A DNA stretch of 40,414 nucleotides from Candidatus Omnitrophota bacterium (GCA_028715315.1 JAQUSA010000001.1:1-40414); one strand, 5' to 3'; counted from the stretch's first letter, positions 9,139 through 18,511 are shown. Notes: generated by a model not told the origin, from the sequence alone. Numbers and translations: made by a program.

Positions 9139-9705
9139 ATGAAGAACAGGATTTTGGCGGCGACAGCGATATTTTTGGCGTTATTGGGGGTGGGTTGCGC
9201 GTCGGTGCAGGTCAAGGCGCCGAAGGACCCGATAAAGGTCGACATAACGATGCGCCTGGATGTCTACCAGCACGTCGAGAAGGACATCAATACTATCGAG
9301 GATATCGTCTCGGGCAAGAGCGCCCCGAAATCGAAGGACGGCTCGAAACTGGACCTCTTTTTCACGGATGCTTACGCCGAGGAAGCCATCCCGGCGGATG
9401 TCGAGGCGGCGGCGATAGGCCGCAGGGACAGGAAAGCCGAGCTTGTGATGCATGAACAGGAAGGCCATATAGGCGAGAACAGGATGGGCATGGTCGAGGC
9501 AAGGTCACCGAAGGCGCCAGGCCAGCTGGTCAACGCCGAGAACGCCGACAGGATGGTCATTTATAAGTCGATATCGCAGAAGAACGGCGCCGCGCTGGAG
9601 AACGTCGAGAAGCTTTACGCAAAGCGCCTGCAGGAAGACGCTCCCGCGGGGACGCCGATAGAGGTAATGGACGCGGCGGGCGGCTACAGCTGGAAGATAA
9701 AATAA
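9139..9705 (+). CDS. lipoprotein: YnbE-like N-terminal module fused to a YdbL-like (DUF1318) C-terminal domain
   Basis: Lipobox-like LLGVGC, then VQVKAPKDPIKVDITMRLDV...LDLFF (compare E. coli YnbE, VGC..IEVAAPKEPITINMNVKIEH...SDLF). The C-terminus reads GHIGENRMGMVEAR...LVNAENADRMVIYKSISQKNGAALENVEKLYAKRL...GYSWKIK (DUF1318 pattern). GGAGG SD lies 5 nt upstream. Confidence 0.7.
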   Translation: MKNRILAATAIFLALLGVGCASVQVKAPKDPIKVDITMRLDVYQHVEKDINTIEDIVSGKSAPKSKDGSKLDLFFTDAYAEEAIPADVEAAAIGRRDRKAELVMHEQEGHIGENRMGMVEARSPKAPGQLVNAENADRMVIYKSISQKNGAALENVEKLYAKRLQEDAPAGTPIEVMDAAGGYSWKIK

Positions 9706-9927
9706 TTGAAGATAGCGGTAAAGGTCAAGGCCGGCTCCAGCAGGGAGAAGGTCGAAAGGATCGACGGCGCGAATTACGCGGTATGGGTCAGGGCCAAGCC
9801 GACCGACGGCAAGGCGAACGAGGCGGTCATAAAGGCCCTCTCGAAGCATTTCGATACCGCGAAATCTAACATAACGCTGGTGACGGGCCACGCCTCAAAA
9901 CAGAAGATATTCTCAATTGCTATTTAA
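9706..9927 (+). CDS. DUF167 (YggU) family protein
   Basis: The pattern KVKAGSSREKVERID....VWVRAKPTDGKANEAVIKALSKHF.....ITLVTGHASKQKIFSI is the DUF167 signature. TTG start directly after the upstream TAA. Confidence 0.75.
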   Translation: MKIAVKVKAGSSREKVERIDGANYAVWVRAKPTDGKANEAVIKALSKHFDTAKSNITLVTGHASKQKIFSIAI

Positions 9928-10576
9928 ACTCGTAATATTCGATATAGACGGCACGATAGTCGACGCCTACGGGGCGATAGAGAAGAGCATCAACTATACG
10001 CTCAAGAAGCTCGGGTATCCGAAGGCGAAGATGTCCGTCGTGAAGCGGATGATCGGCCACGGCGACAGGAACTTCGTCGATTGTTTCGTGGAAAAGAAGG
10101 ACTCGGACGAAGGCCTAAGGCTTTACCGCGAGCACCACGAGAAGGCCCTCCTCAGGCATTCAAAAGTCATACCGGGCGCGAGGCAGCTGCTGCGGGGCCT
10201 AAAGAGGAAGGGCTATAAGCTCGCGATAGCGAGCAACAGGCCGCCCCGTTACAGCATGATACTTCTCAAGCACCTCGACCTGCTCAAATATTTCGACGCT
10301 ATCGAATGCGCCAGGGACAAGAGCGAGAACAAGCCGAAGCCCTTTTTGATCCCCAGGATCCTTAAGAGGCTGAAGGTCGGCAAGGACGAGGCGCTTTATG
10401 TCGGCGACATGACCGTCGATGTGCATGCGGGGCATAACGCCGGGGTAAAGGTAGTGGCGGTCCTCGGCGGGTCCTCCTCGCACTCCGAACTGAGGAAGGC
10501 GGGCCCTTGCGGAATAACCCGCAAGATCTCCGGCCTGCTTCATGTGGCAAAAAAATGCCGAACAAGAACATACTGA
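9917..10576 (+). CDS. HAD-superfamily hydrolase (phosphoglycolate phosphatase-like)
   Basis: Motif I VIFDIDGTIVD, motif II IASN, motif III/IV KPKP...YVGDMTVDVHAGHNAG. TTG start; no in-frame ATG is available upstream of motif I. Confidence 0.8.
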   Translation: MLFKLVIFDIDGTIVDAYGAIEKSINYTLKKLGYPKAKMSVVKRMIGHGDRNFVDCFVEKKDSDEGLRLYREHHEKALLRHSKVIPGARQLLRGLKRKGYKLAIASNRPPRYSMILLKHLDLLKYFDAIECARDKSENKPKPFLIPRILKRLKVGKDEALYVGDMTVDVHAGHNAGVKVVAVLGGSSSHSELRKAGPCGITRKISGLLHVAKKCRTRTY

Positions 10577-11250
10577 TAGTCGAGGACGACAGGAACATCT
10601 CCAAGCTCATCAAGTTCAACCTTGAGAAGGAGGGCTGCGACGCTTTTGCCGTCCCGAACGGCGAGGATGCCCTCGAACACCTGGAGAGGTTTTCCGCGGA
10701 CCTCGTGATACTCGATATAATGCTCCCGAAGATGGACGGTTTCGAAGTCTGCCGCCTTATCAGGCAGGATCCCAAACTTAAAAACATCCCGATAATAATG
10801 CTTACCGCCAAGGGCGAGGAAGTCGACAGGGTCGTCGGCCTCGAGCTGGGCGCGGATGATTATATGGTAAAGCCGTTCAGCCCCCGCGAACTCGTATTAA
10901 GGGTAAAGGCTATCCTGCGGCGCGGAGGGGCGCCGGCCGCCGTAAAGGAAGTATTAAAGGCGGGGGGAATTGTCGTGGATTCAGCCGCGCATAAAGTGAC
11001 GGCGGGAAAGAAGGATATAGAGCTCACTCCCATGGAATTCAAGCTGCTTAAGGCATTAATGGAACGCAGCGGCCGCGTCCAATCACGGGAGCAGCTTCTC
11101 ACCGACGTCTGGGATATCGCCGCGGACGTTGACACCCGGACTATCGACACCCATATCAAAAGGCTGCGCGAGAAGCTGGGAAAGCCCGGCGACGCGATAA
11201 GTACGGTCAGGGGGCTCGGCTATAAGTTCAGGGAAGACGATGAGGATTAA
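10555..11250 (+). CDS. phoB: phosphate regulon response regulator (OmpR/PhoB family)
   Basis: Receiver ILIVEDD...ILDIMLPKMDG...MLTAK. Winged-helix LTPMEFKLLKALM...VDTRTIDTHIKRLREKL...RGLGYKF. Context with phoR and pst genes. The ATG at 10555 fits the family N-terminus better than the ORF-track start at 10507. Confidence 0.9.
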   Translation: MPNKNILIVEDDRNISKLIKFNLEKEGCDAFAVPNGEDALEHLERFSADLVILDIMLPKMDGFEVCRLIRQDPKLKNIPIIMLTAKGEEVDRVVGLELGADDYMVKPFSPRELVLRVKAILRRGGAPAAVKEVLKAGGIVVDSAAHKVTAGKKDIELTPMEFKLLKALMERSGRVQSREQLLTDVWDIAADVDTRTIDTHIKRLREKLGKPGDAISTVRGLGYKFREDDED

Positions 11251-13012
11251 ACTCCACTGGAAGCTGACGATAATATTCTGCCTTTTCGGGGCGGTATCGC
11301 TCGCGGCATCCTATATGTACCTGAACCCCGGGCTCAAAGCATTCATGGAGAGGGATATCGAGGATAACCTCAGGAGAGAGCTTATCTTGAGCCGTGAGCT
11401 CCTGGAGCCGGGGCCCGGAGGCAAGCTCGACCTCAGGGATGCCGACGGCCTCGCGGACAGGATGGGTTCCTCATCCGGGCTGAGGGTAACGATAATCGCC
11501 CTGGACGGTACGGTCCTCGGGGATTCCGATATCGAAAGCGGGGACCTCCCCGGGATCGAGAACCATCTCGACAGGCCGGAGGTACGGCAGGCGCTGAAGG
11601 CGGGTTTCGGCCACAGCCGGAGGTTCAGCTATACCCTGAAGAAATACATGATGTACAGCGCTGTGGTCATCGGCAAGAAGGCCCCCGCCGCCATATTGCG
11701 CTTTACAATGCCGGTCTCTTCCATAGTAGAATTTGAAGCGAAGATGCAGAAGATACTTATAGCGGCGCTGGCCGTTGTTTTCCTGATCTCACTCGTGCTC
11801 AGCATCGCCGTCTCATCGGCCGTGACGCGGCCGATATCGCAGATATCCTCTACGGCGAGGGCGATCGCGGCGGGCAACCTTTCCGCAAGGGCGCTGGTAT
11901 CTTCCGGTGATGAGATAGGGGACCTTGCCAGGACCCTGAATTACATGACCGGCGAGATAAAGGGCAAGATGGACAGGATAGCTTCCGGTGAGGCGAAGCT
12001 CGAGGCAGTCCTCTCCAGCATGGCCGAAGGCGTCATAGTGACCGACGAGAAAGGGACTATATTGATAGCGAACCCGTCGGCGAGGAAGATGTTTTTCATA
12101 GATACCGAGCCCGAAGGCAGGACGCCCCCGGAGGTCATACGCAATTCATCGGCGCAGGAGGTCTTTGACAGGATACTCCGGAAGGGCCAGAGGGCGGCCG
12201 TGGAAGAGATACAGCTCAACAAGCCCGAGGAGAGGTCCGTGAGGGTCAGCGCTGTTGCCGTGATGAAGGAAGGGGTGTTGGCGGGCGCGCTGCTCGTCTT
12301 TCATGATATTACCGAACTCCGGCGCCTCGAAAGGGTAAGGCAGGATTTTGTCGCGAACGTATCGCATGAACTTCGCACACCGTTATCGAGCATAAAGGGA
12401 TATTCCGAAACGCTCATGGAAGGCGGCGTAAGGGACCCGAAGCAGCAGAAGGAGTTCCTCGATATAATATACCGCGAGAGCGGCCGTCTCGCGAAACTGA
12501 TCGACGACCTGCTCGACCTGTCGAGGATAGAATCGGGCAAGATGGCGATGGTATTCATGCCTATAGATCTCCTGCCGGCCGTTAAACGCGCCTGCGCGAT
12601 ACTCGAAAAGCAGGCGGCCTCAAAATCGCTTAAGATAAACCTTGATATCCCCGCCGGCCTGCCGCGCATCCAGGCCGACGAAGGCAGCCTTTCGCAGGTC
12701 ATGCTTAACCTGCTGGATAATGCGGTCAAATATACGCCCGAGAACGGGAATATATCGATATCGGCCGTTCCTGACGGGAATTTTATCCGTATCGACGTCT
12801 CGGATACGGGCGCCGGCATCCCCGAAGCGGATATCCCTAAGATATTCGAGAGATTTTACAGGGTCGATAAGGCCCGCTCGCGCGAGATGGGCGGCACGGG
12901 CCTCGGCCTCTCGATAGTCAAACATATAGTCCAGGCCCACGGCGGACAAGTGTCGGTGAGATCCGTAACGGGCCGCGGCTCAACATTCAGCTTTACCATT
13001 CCCAAAGCGTAA
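11240..13012 (+). CDS. phoR: phosphate regulon sensor histidine kinase (two TM, HAMP, PAS, HisKA, HATPase)
   Basis: H-box FVANVSHELRTPLSSIKGY, N-box LLDNAVKYTP, G-boxes DTGAGIP and GGTGLGLSIVK. Overlaps the phoB stop. Confidence 0.85.
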   Translation: MRIKLHWKLTIIFCLFGAVSLAASYMYLNPGLKAFMERDIEDNLRRELILSRELLEPGPGGKLDLRDADGLADRMGSSSGLRVTIIALDGTVLGDSDIESGDLPGIENHLDRPEVRQALKAGFGHSRRFSYTLKKYMMYSAVVIGKKAPAAILRFTMPVSSIVEFEAKMQKILIAALAVVFLISLVLSIAVSSAVTRPISQISSTARAIAAGNLSARALVSSGDEIGDLARTLNYMTGEIKGKMDRIASGEAKLEAVLSSMAEGVIVTDEKGTILIANPSARKMFFIDTEPEGRTPPEVIRNSSAQEVFDRILRKGQRAAVEEIQLNKPEERSVRVSAVAVMKEGVLAGALLVFHDITELRRLERVRQDFVANVSHELRTPLSSIKGYSETLMEGGVRDPKQQKEFLDIIYRESGRLAKLIDDLLDLSRIESGKMAMVFMPIDLLPAVKRACAILEKQAASKSLKINLDIPAGLPRIQADEGSLSQVMLNLLDNAVKYTPENGNISISAVPDGNFIRIDVSDTGAGIPEADIPKIFERFYRVDKARSREMGGTGLGLSIVKHIVQAHGGQVSVRSVTGRGSTFSFTIPKA

Positions 13013-13029
13013 AAACCACGGTTTAGCCC

Positions 13030-13056
13030 TTCACTTTTGTTCACCAAATGTTCACA
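13030..13056 (+). promoter_or_regulatory. candidate Pho box: three direct TTCACN repeats at 10-11 bp phasing
   Basis: TTCACT (13030), TTCACC (13040) and TTCACA (13051), in the 111-nt gap between phoR and the porin/pst genes. A TATATA/TATACT -10 candidate lies near 13086-13093. Confidence 0.5.
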
Positions 13057-13123
13057 ATTCCTCCCTTTTTCCGCCACATTCAAAATATATACTTCTCCTG
13101 AAAACAAAAAAAGGAGGAGATGC

Positions 13124-14452
13124 ATGGTGAAGCGGGTACTGGCCTGTGTAATACTGGCGGCGGGTATGATCGGTTCTTGTGCTGACGGGTTTGCCGGCGA
13201 AGTCGATATCCTCGTCCAGAAACTCGTGGACAAGGGGATACTCACACCGGGAGACGCGCAGCAGATATTGACCGAGACGAAAGAGGAAGCGAAAAAGGAG
13301 CTCGCGAAGGGCGAAGCGGGGACAGCGCCTAAATGGGTGCAGGACATCAAGCTTAAGGGAGATTTCAGGTTAAGGTACCAGCACGACAGGGCCAAGCAGG
13401 CGGCCTCGACGGACAGCCAGCGCGACAGGGCGAGGATAAGGCTCAGGGTCGGCGCTGAGACCCGCCTCATAGACGAATTTAAGGTAGGCTTCGGTATCGC
13501 GACGGGCACGACGAGCGACCCTCGTTCCACGAACATGACCCTCGGGGATTCGTTCTCGTTCAAGGACATAATCCTGGATTACGCGTACGGCCAGTATGAA
13601 CCCGACCTGTCGAAATATATGCAGCCGCTATCGCTCTCGTTAATAGGCGGCAAATTCCCGAACCCGATATGGGAGCCGGTAGACATGCTCTGGGATACGG
13701 ATATAAGGCCCGAGGGCGTGATGGCCAACCTCGGTTACAAGGTTGACAATAACCTCGACTTCTTCATGAACAACGGATTCTTTGTCCTGGACGAAAGCTC
13801 TTCGGACAAAGGCGACCCGATAATGTTCGTGGTCCAGCCGGGCGTGAACTGGAAGATAACCGATAACATCGAGTTCAAGGGAGCGGTAGACAACTACTTC
13901 TTCAACGGTGTAAAGGACCATGCCGCGCTCGATTATTCGGCGGGCACGAACACGGTAGCGAGGCTGCCCGACCAGAACAGCCGGACAGGCGCAGCCGTCT
14001 ACTGGTACAACTATAACTCGATAGCCCCGAAGATGGAGATCGGGTTCATAGACCCGTTCAAGTTCGCGGGATTCGATACCGGGATACCCTACCTGTCGTT
14101 CTTCGGCGAATACGTGAATAACTGGGACCGCGGCTCGCAGGACAACGGATGGGCCCTCGGAAGCAGGATAGGCCACAAAAAGGTCGGCGATAAGGGGCAG
14201 TGGCAGCTGGCCTATAACTACAGGTTCCTCGAGAGGGACGCGTGGCTCGATATATTCCCGGATTCCGATTTCTACAGCGGGAAGACCAACGCTAAAGGCG
14301 ATAACGTGATATTCCAGTACGGGTTAACAAAGAACTCCCTCATCAACCTCGAATACTATAATACGAGAGGCATGACCAGGCTCACAAAGAACCCGGAGTC
14401 ATCGCGCCTGCCGGCGCAGGTCATCCAGGCCGACTGGATAGTGAAATTCTAA
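13124..14452 (+). CDS. outer-membrane porin (putative phosphate-starvation porin)
   Basis: Signal peptide VLACVILAAGMIGSCADGFAG. N-terminal helical LVDKGILTPGDAQQIL. Long beta-strand-like alternating pattern ending in an aromatic residue (DWIVKF). GGAGG SD lies 6 nt before ATG 13124. Sits between phoR and pstS. Confidence 0.7.
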   Translation: MVKRVLACVILAAGMIGSCADGFAGEVDILVQKLVDKGILTPGDAQQILTETKEEAKKELAKGEAGTAPKWVQDIKLKGDFRLRYQHDRAKQAASTDSQRDRARIRLRVGAETRLIDEFKVGFGIATGTTSDPRSTNMTLGDSFSFKDIILDYAYGQYEPDLSKYMQPLSLSLIGGKFPNPIWEPVDMLWDTDIRPEGVMANLGYKVDNNLDFFMNNGFFVLDESSSDKGDPIMFVVQPGVNWKITDNIEFKGAVDNYFFNGVKDHAALDYSAGTNTVARLPDQNSRTGAAVYWYNYNSIAPKMEIGFIDPFKFAGFDTGIPYLSFFGEYVNNWDRGSQDNGWALGSRIGHKKVGDKGQWQLAYNYRFLERDAWLDIFPDSDFYSGKTNAKGDNVIFQYGLTKNSLINLEYYNTRGMTRLTKNPESSRLPAQVIQADWIVKF

Positions 14453-14471
14453 AAGAAAGGGGACATATAAC

Positions 14472-15296
14472 ATGAAAAAACTCAGGCTTTTGCGGGCGGC
14501 GGTATCTGCCGCTGCCTGTCTGCTGGTCGCCGCGGGAACGGTATCCGCGGCGGAAAAAGTGGTCCTGGAAGGGTCCACAACGGTCCTGCCGATAGCGCAG
14601 AAGACCGCCGAGGTATTCATGGATAAGAACAGCGATATCGATATCTCCGTAAGGGGAGGAGGCTCGGGAGTCGGGATCGCGTCGCTTCTCGACGGCTCCT
14701 GCGACATCGCCGACTCTTCGCGGGCAATGAAAGATACCGAATACGAGAAGGCGGCCGCGAAGAAGAAGGACCCGAAGCCGTGCGTGGTCGCGATGGACGG
14801 CATAGCGATAGTGGTCAATAATTCAAACAATATCGCCGCATTGACCAAAAAGCAGGTCAAGGACATATATACGGGAGCGATATCCGACTGGTCCGCGGTC
14901 GGAGGCCCCGCCGGAAAGATAGTGGTAGTATCGCGCGACAGTTCGAGCGGCACGTATGAGGCCTTCGGCGAGCTGGTCCTTAAGGGCGCGAAGGTCAGGC
15001 CTGACGCGCTTATGCAGGCCTCGAACCAGGCGATAGCTTCGATAGTCGCCAAGACGCCGAGCGGGATAGGTTACGTCGGGCTCGGTTATATAACGGATTC
15101 CGTCAAGGCCCTCGAAATAGACGGCGTAATGCCGGACAAAGGGACCGTGCTTTCCGGAAAATATCCGGTGTCGAGGCCGCTCTTCATGTATACGAACGGC
15201 AGCCCTAAAGGCGCCGTGAAGAAATACATCGATTTTGTGACGGGCCCCGAAGGGCAGAGGATAGTCGATGAAGAAGGTTTTGTGGCGTTAAAATAA
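14472..15296 (+). CDS. pstS: phosphate ABC transporter substrate-binding protein PstS
   Basis: Motifs LEGSTTVLPI, RGGGSGVG, SRDSSSGTYEAF, and a PBP fold. Followed by pstCAB. Confidence 0.9.
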   Translation: MKKLRLLRAAVSAAACLLVAAGTVSAAEKVVLEGSTTVLPIAQKTAEVFMDKNSDIDISVRGGGSGVGIASLLDGSCDIADSSRAMKDTEYEKAAAKKKDPKPCVVAMDGIAIVVNNSNNIAALTKKQVKDIYTGAISDWSAVGGPAGKIVVVSRDSSSGTYEAFGELVLKGAKVRPDALMQASNQAIASIVAKTPSGIGYVGLGYITDSVKALEIDGVMPDKGTVLSGKYPVSRPLFMYTNGSPKGAVKKYIDFVTGPEGQRIVDEEGFVALK

Positions 15297-15300
15297 GACT

Positions 15301-16185
15301 ATGGCGCGGATAAAAGAGAAGGCCTACGAGTGGGTATTCACTGCGCTGGCCTTCTCGTCGCTCATTTTTCTGGTCGGGATAGTCATAGTCCTCTTCAAGG
15401 AGGGCTTCCCGATATTCAAGGCCGTCAAGGCCGGTGATTTCCTGTTTGGCCGGTTCTGGTATCCGACTTATGAGCCGCCGGAATTCGGGATATTTCCCCT
15501 GATACTCGCAAGCTTCTGGGTGACATTGGGCGCGTTGTTGGTATGTGTCCCGCTGGGCGTCGGCAGCGCGCTATACCTGAACGAGATGGCAAGTTTCAGG
15601 CAGAGGTCCGTGCTTAAGCCGATGGTCGAGATACTCGCGAGCATCCCGTCGGTCGTCTACGGGTTCTTCGGTATGATGATAGTCGCGCCGGTACTTCAGG
15701 ACCTGCTGCATATACCGACGGGCCTATGCGCGTTCTCCGCGAGCCTTGTGCTCGGGATAATGGCGACGCCTACCGTATGCAGTATTGCCGAGGACGCGCT
15801 TAGCTATGTGCCGAAAAGTTTCAGGGAAGCCTCTTTTGCCGTAGGCGCTAACAGGTGGCAGACCCTTACGAAAGTGGTGATACCTGCGGCGGGATCGGGG
15901 ATATCAACGGCCATAATACTCGGAATGAGCAGGGCGGTCGGCGAGACTATGACGGTGCTGATGGTGGCCGGAGGGTCTGCGGTCATACCGAAGAGCATCT
16001 TTGACCCGGTAAGGCCGATGACATCCGCTATAGCCGCCGAGATGGGGGAAGCGCCGATGGGCAGCATGCATTACCACTCGCTCTTCGCGATAGCGCTTAT
16101 ACTGTTCCTCATAACATTCGCCTTCAACATCGCAGCCGAGATCATAAGCCGCAGGTTCAGGATAAAACTGGGGCATAGCGGATGA
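15301..16185 (+). CDS. pstC: phosphate ABC transporter permease PstC
   Basis: Multi-TM protein with the EAA-loop-like region AEDALSYVPKSFREASFAVGANRWQT. Confidence 0.9.
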   Translation: MARIKEKAYEWVFTALAFSSLIFLVGIVIVLFKEGFPIFKAVKAGDFLFGRFWYPTYEPPEFGIFPLILASFWVTLGALLVCVPLGVGSALYLNEMASFRQRSVLKPMVEILASIPSVVYGFFGMMIVAPVLQDLLHIPTGLCAFSASLVLGIMATPTVCSIAEDALSYVPKSFREASFAVGANRWQTLTKVVIPAAGSGISTAIILGMSRAVGETMTVLMVAGGSAVIPKSIFDPVRPMTSAIAAEMGEAPMGSMHYHSLFAIALILFLITFAFNIAAEIISRRFRIKLGHSG

Positions 16186-17033
16186 GAACGAAAGATATAT
16201 CGCAGAAGATAGGGTTCGCGGCGCTCTTCATGTGCATGCTCGTGACCCTTTTCTTCCTCGGGGCGATAATATATTTTATCGCGGCGAGGGGCATAAAGGT
16301 AATATCCTGGGAGTTCCTGACACAGGTGCCGAAGGCCGGGATGACGCAGGGAGGGGTGGCCCCGGCCATAGTGGGGACACTATATATAACTCTAGGTGCG
16401 ATAGCCGTATCATTGCCTCTCGGGCTGGCATGCGCGATATACCTTTGCGAGTATTCCCCCAAGGGGATATTTGTGAACATAATACGGATGAGCATAAACA
16501 ACCTTGCCGGCGTGCCGTCCGTCGTCTTCGGGTTGTTCGGGCTGGCGGTATTCGTGAAATTTTTCAAGTTCGGCGTTTCGATCCTTTCCGGGAGCCTCAC
16601 ATTGGGGATACTCGCGCTTCCGGTCGTGATATCCGCTACACAGGAGGCCCTGACGGCTGTGCCGCTATCGCTCAGGGAGGCATCGCTGGCGCTCGGCGCT
16701 ACGAAGTGGGAGACGATAAAGAAGATAGTTCTGCCGACCGCGCTGCCGGGGATACTGACAGGCATAATATTGAGCATAGGAAGGGTCGCCGGAGAGACTG
16801 CGCCGATATTGTTTACGGCCGCGACCTTTTATACGAGAAGATACCCGGATTCGGTCTTTTCCGAGGTCATGGCGCTGCCGTACCATATCTACGCGCTGAT
16901 GACCGAAGGCGCGCATCCCAAGGAACAGACCGCGATCGCGTACGGCTGCGCGCTGATACTGCTCGTGCTGGTGCTTGCGATCTCGGGAGCCGCGATATTT
17001 ATACGACAAAGGCAAAGGATACGGAATGCATAA
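16182..17033 (+). CDS. pstA: phosphate ABC transporter permease PstA
   Basis: Multi-TM protein with [31 protein letters not shown] overlap with pstC. Confidence 0.9.
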   Translation: MRTKDISQKIGFAALFMCMLVTLFFLGAIIYFIAARGIKVISWEFLTQVPKAGMTQGGVAPAIVGTLYITLGAIAVSLPLGLACAIYLCEYSPKGIFVNIIRMSINNLAGVPSVVFGLFGLAVFVKFFKFGVSILSGSLTLGILALPVVISATQEALTAVPLSLREASLALGATKWETIKKIVLPTALPGILTGIILSIGRVAGETAPILFTAATFYTRRYPDSVFSEVMALPYHIYALMTEGAHPKEQTAIAYGCALILLVLVLAISGAAIFIRQRQRIRNA

Positions 17034-17787
17034 CAATATAAAGATGAAAGCGGAGAATGTGGACTTCTTCTACGGCCCGCGGCAGGCGCTCAAGGACATA
17101 AACCTCGATATCTGCGAGAAGCGCGTTACCGCGATAATAGGGCCTTCGGGATGCGGAAAGTCCACGTTCATAAGGCTGCTGAACCGCATGAACGAGCTGA
17201 TACCTAACACGAGCCTTAAGGGCAGGATACTGCTTGACGGAGAGGATATCTTCGGGCAGCAGGTCGACGCGGTCGGGATAAGAAGGCGCGTCGGCATGGT
17301 ATTCCAGAAACCGAACCCTTTCCCGAAGAGCATATTCGAGAATGTCAGCTACGGGCTTCACGTAAACGGCGTCAAGGACAAGAAACTGATAGAAAAGAAA
17401 GTGGTATCTTCCCTCGAGAAGGCCGCGTTGTGGGACGATATAAAGGACAGGCTGCACGAAAGCGCGCTCAAATTGTCCGGCGGCCAGCAGCAGCGGTTAT
17501 GCATCGCGAGGTGCCTGGCTGTCGAGCCGGAAGTCCTGCTCTTCGATGAGCCCTGCGCCAGCCTCGACCCGATATCGACCGGCAAGATCGAGGAACTGAT
17601 AATGGAGCTGAAAAAGTATTATACTATAGTCATAGTCACGCATAATATGCAGCAGGCCGCGCGCATCTCGGACCATACGGCGTTCTTCCTGCTCGGCGAG
17701 CTCATAGAGATGGGCAAGACCCAGGATATATTCACCGCGCCGAAGGACAAGAGGACGGAGGACTACATTACAGGGAGGTTTGGCTGA
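17026..17787 (+). CDS. pstB: phosphate ABC transporter ATP-binding protein PstB
   Basis: Walker [10 protein letters not shown], signature LSGGQQQRL, Walker B LLFDEP. The ATG at 17026 overlaps the pstA stop; the ORF-track start at 16975 is an upstream extension. Confidence 0.9.
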   Translation: MHNNIKMKAENVDFFYGPRQALKDINLDICEKRVTAIIGPSGCGKSTFIRLLNRMNELIPNTSLKGRILLDGEDIFGQQVDAVGIRRRVGMVFQKPNPFPKSIFENVSYGLHVNGVKDKKLIEKKVVSSLEKAALWDDIKDRLHESALKLSGGQQQRLCIARCLAVEPEVLLFDEPCASLDPISTGKIEELIMELKKYYTIVIVTHNMQQAARISDHTAFFLLGELIEMGKTQDIFTAPKDKRTEDYITGRFG

Positions 17788-18452
17788 TGGAAAGGCATTT
17801 TGACGAAGAGCTTAAAGGCTTAAATTCCGAGATATTGAGGATGGGAAGCCTCACGGAGGAGGCGATAGTCGATTCGGTAAAGGCCCTGAAGGAGCAGAGC
17901 AGGGAGATGGCCGCAAACGTGATAAATTCCGACAGGAAGATAGACAGCCTGGAGCTCGAGATCGAAGAGAAGTGCCTTACTCTTATGGCCCTGCACCAGC
18001 CGGCGGCCGTCGACCTTAGGTTTTTGACGGCGGCGATGAAGCTTAATAATGAACTTGAAAGGATTGCCGACCTTGCCGTGGATATCGCGCAGAGGGTCCT
18101 CGAGATCGTGGACAAGCCGCTGCTTAAGCCGCTGGTCGATATCCCCAAGTTATGCGTGATAGCGCAGACGATGGTGAAGGAATCGATAGACGCTTTCGTG
18201 AACAGGGACATAGCGCTCGCGAAAAAAGTTGTCCTTTCCGACGCCGAGGCGGATAAATTGAGGAATTTCGTGCAGGATGAGCTGGTCAGCGAATACATAT
18301 CAAAGGACGCGAGCACCGCGACAAGGGCCGTCCCGTTGCTTCTCATAGCCCGCCACCTCGAGCGCATCTGCGACCACGCCACCAATATCGCAGAAGACGT
18401 GATATATATGGTCGAGGCGAAGGTCGTAAAGCACCATCCCGAAGAGCTATAA
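17787..18452 (+). CDS. phoU: phosphate signaling complex protein PhoU
   Basis: Two PhoU repeats (ELERIADLAVDIA and HLERICDHATNIAEDVIY). TGATG overlap with pstB. Confidence 0.9.
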   Translation: MERHFDEELKGLNSEILRMGSLTEEAIVDSVKALKEQSREMAANVINSDRKIDSLELEIEEKCLTLMALHQPAAVDLRFLTAAMKLNNELERIADLAVDIAQRVLEIVDKPLLKPLVDIPKLCVIAQTMVKESIDAFVNRDIALAKKVVLSDAEADKLRNFVQDELVSEYISKDASTATRAVPLLLIARHLERICDHATNIAEDVIYMVEAKVVKHHPEEL

Positions 18453-18453
18453 C

Positions 18454-18496
18454 AGGGACACTTCTCCGATTGGCTCAAGAACCGTCCCTATTTTTC
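18454..18496 (+). terminator. intrinsic terminator hairpin, copy 1 of a conserved 36-nt element
   Basis: AGGGACACTTCT / loop CCGATTGGCTCA / AGAACCGTCCCT, then ATTTTT. Starts 2 nt after the phoU stop. The stem has a 2-nt internal mismatch. Confidence 0.75.
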
Positions 18497-18511
18497 CTAT
18501 TTTTCTATTAA

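Noticed and set aside
13037-13123. Upstream extensions offered by the ORF track for several genes (13037 porin, 31275 yjbQ, 4502 trpB2, 16975 pstB, 10507 phoB, 32769 pyk, 5877 GH94-like).
   Set aside because: The extensions run through promoters, terminators, Pho-box repeats or the preceding gene. They lack SD sequences, whereas internal ATGs have well-spaced GGAGG-type sites and match family N-termini.
16232-17041. 269-aa + strand ORF out of frame inside pstA.
   Set aside because: It is Arg/Gly/Asp-rich and non-membrane-like, while the overlapping frame encodes an unmistakable PstA permease. It is a frame-shadow ORF.
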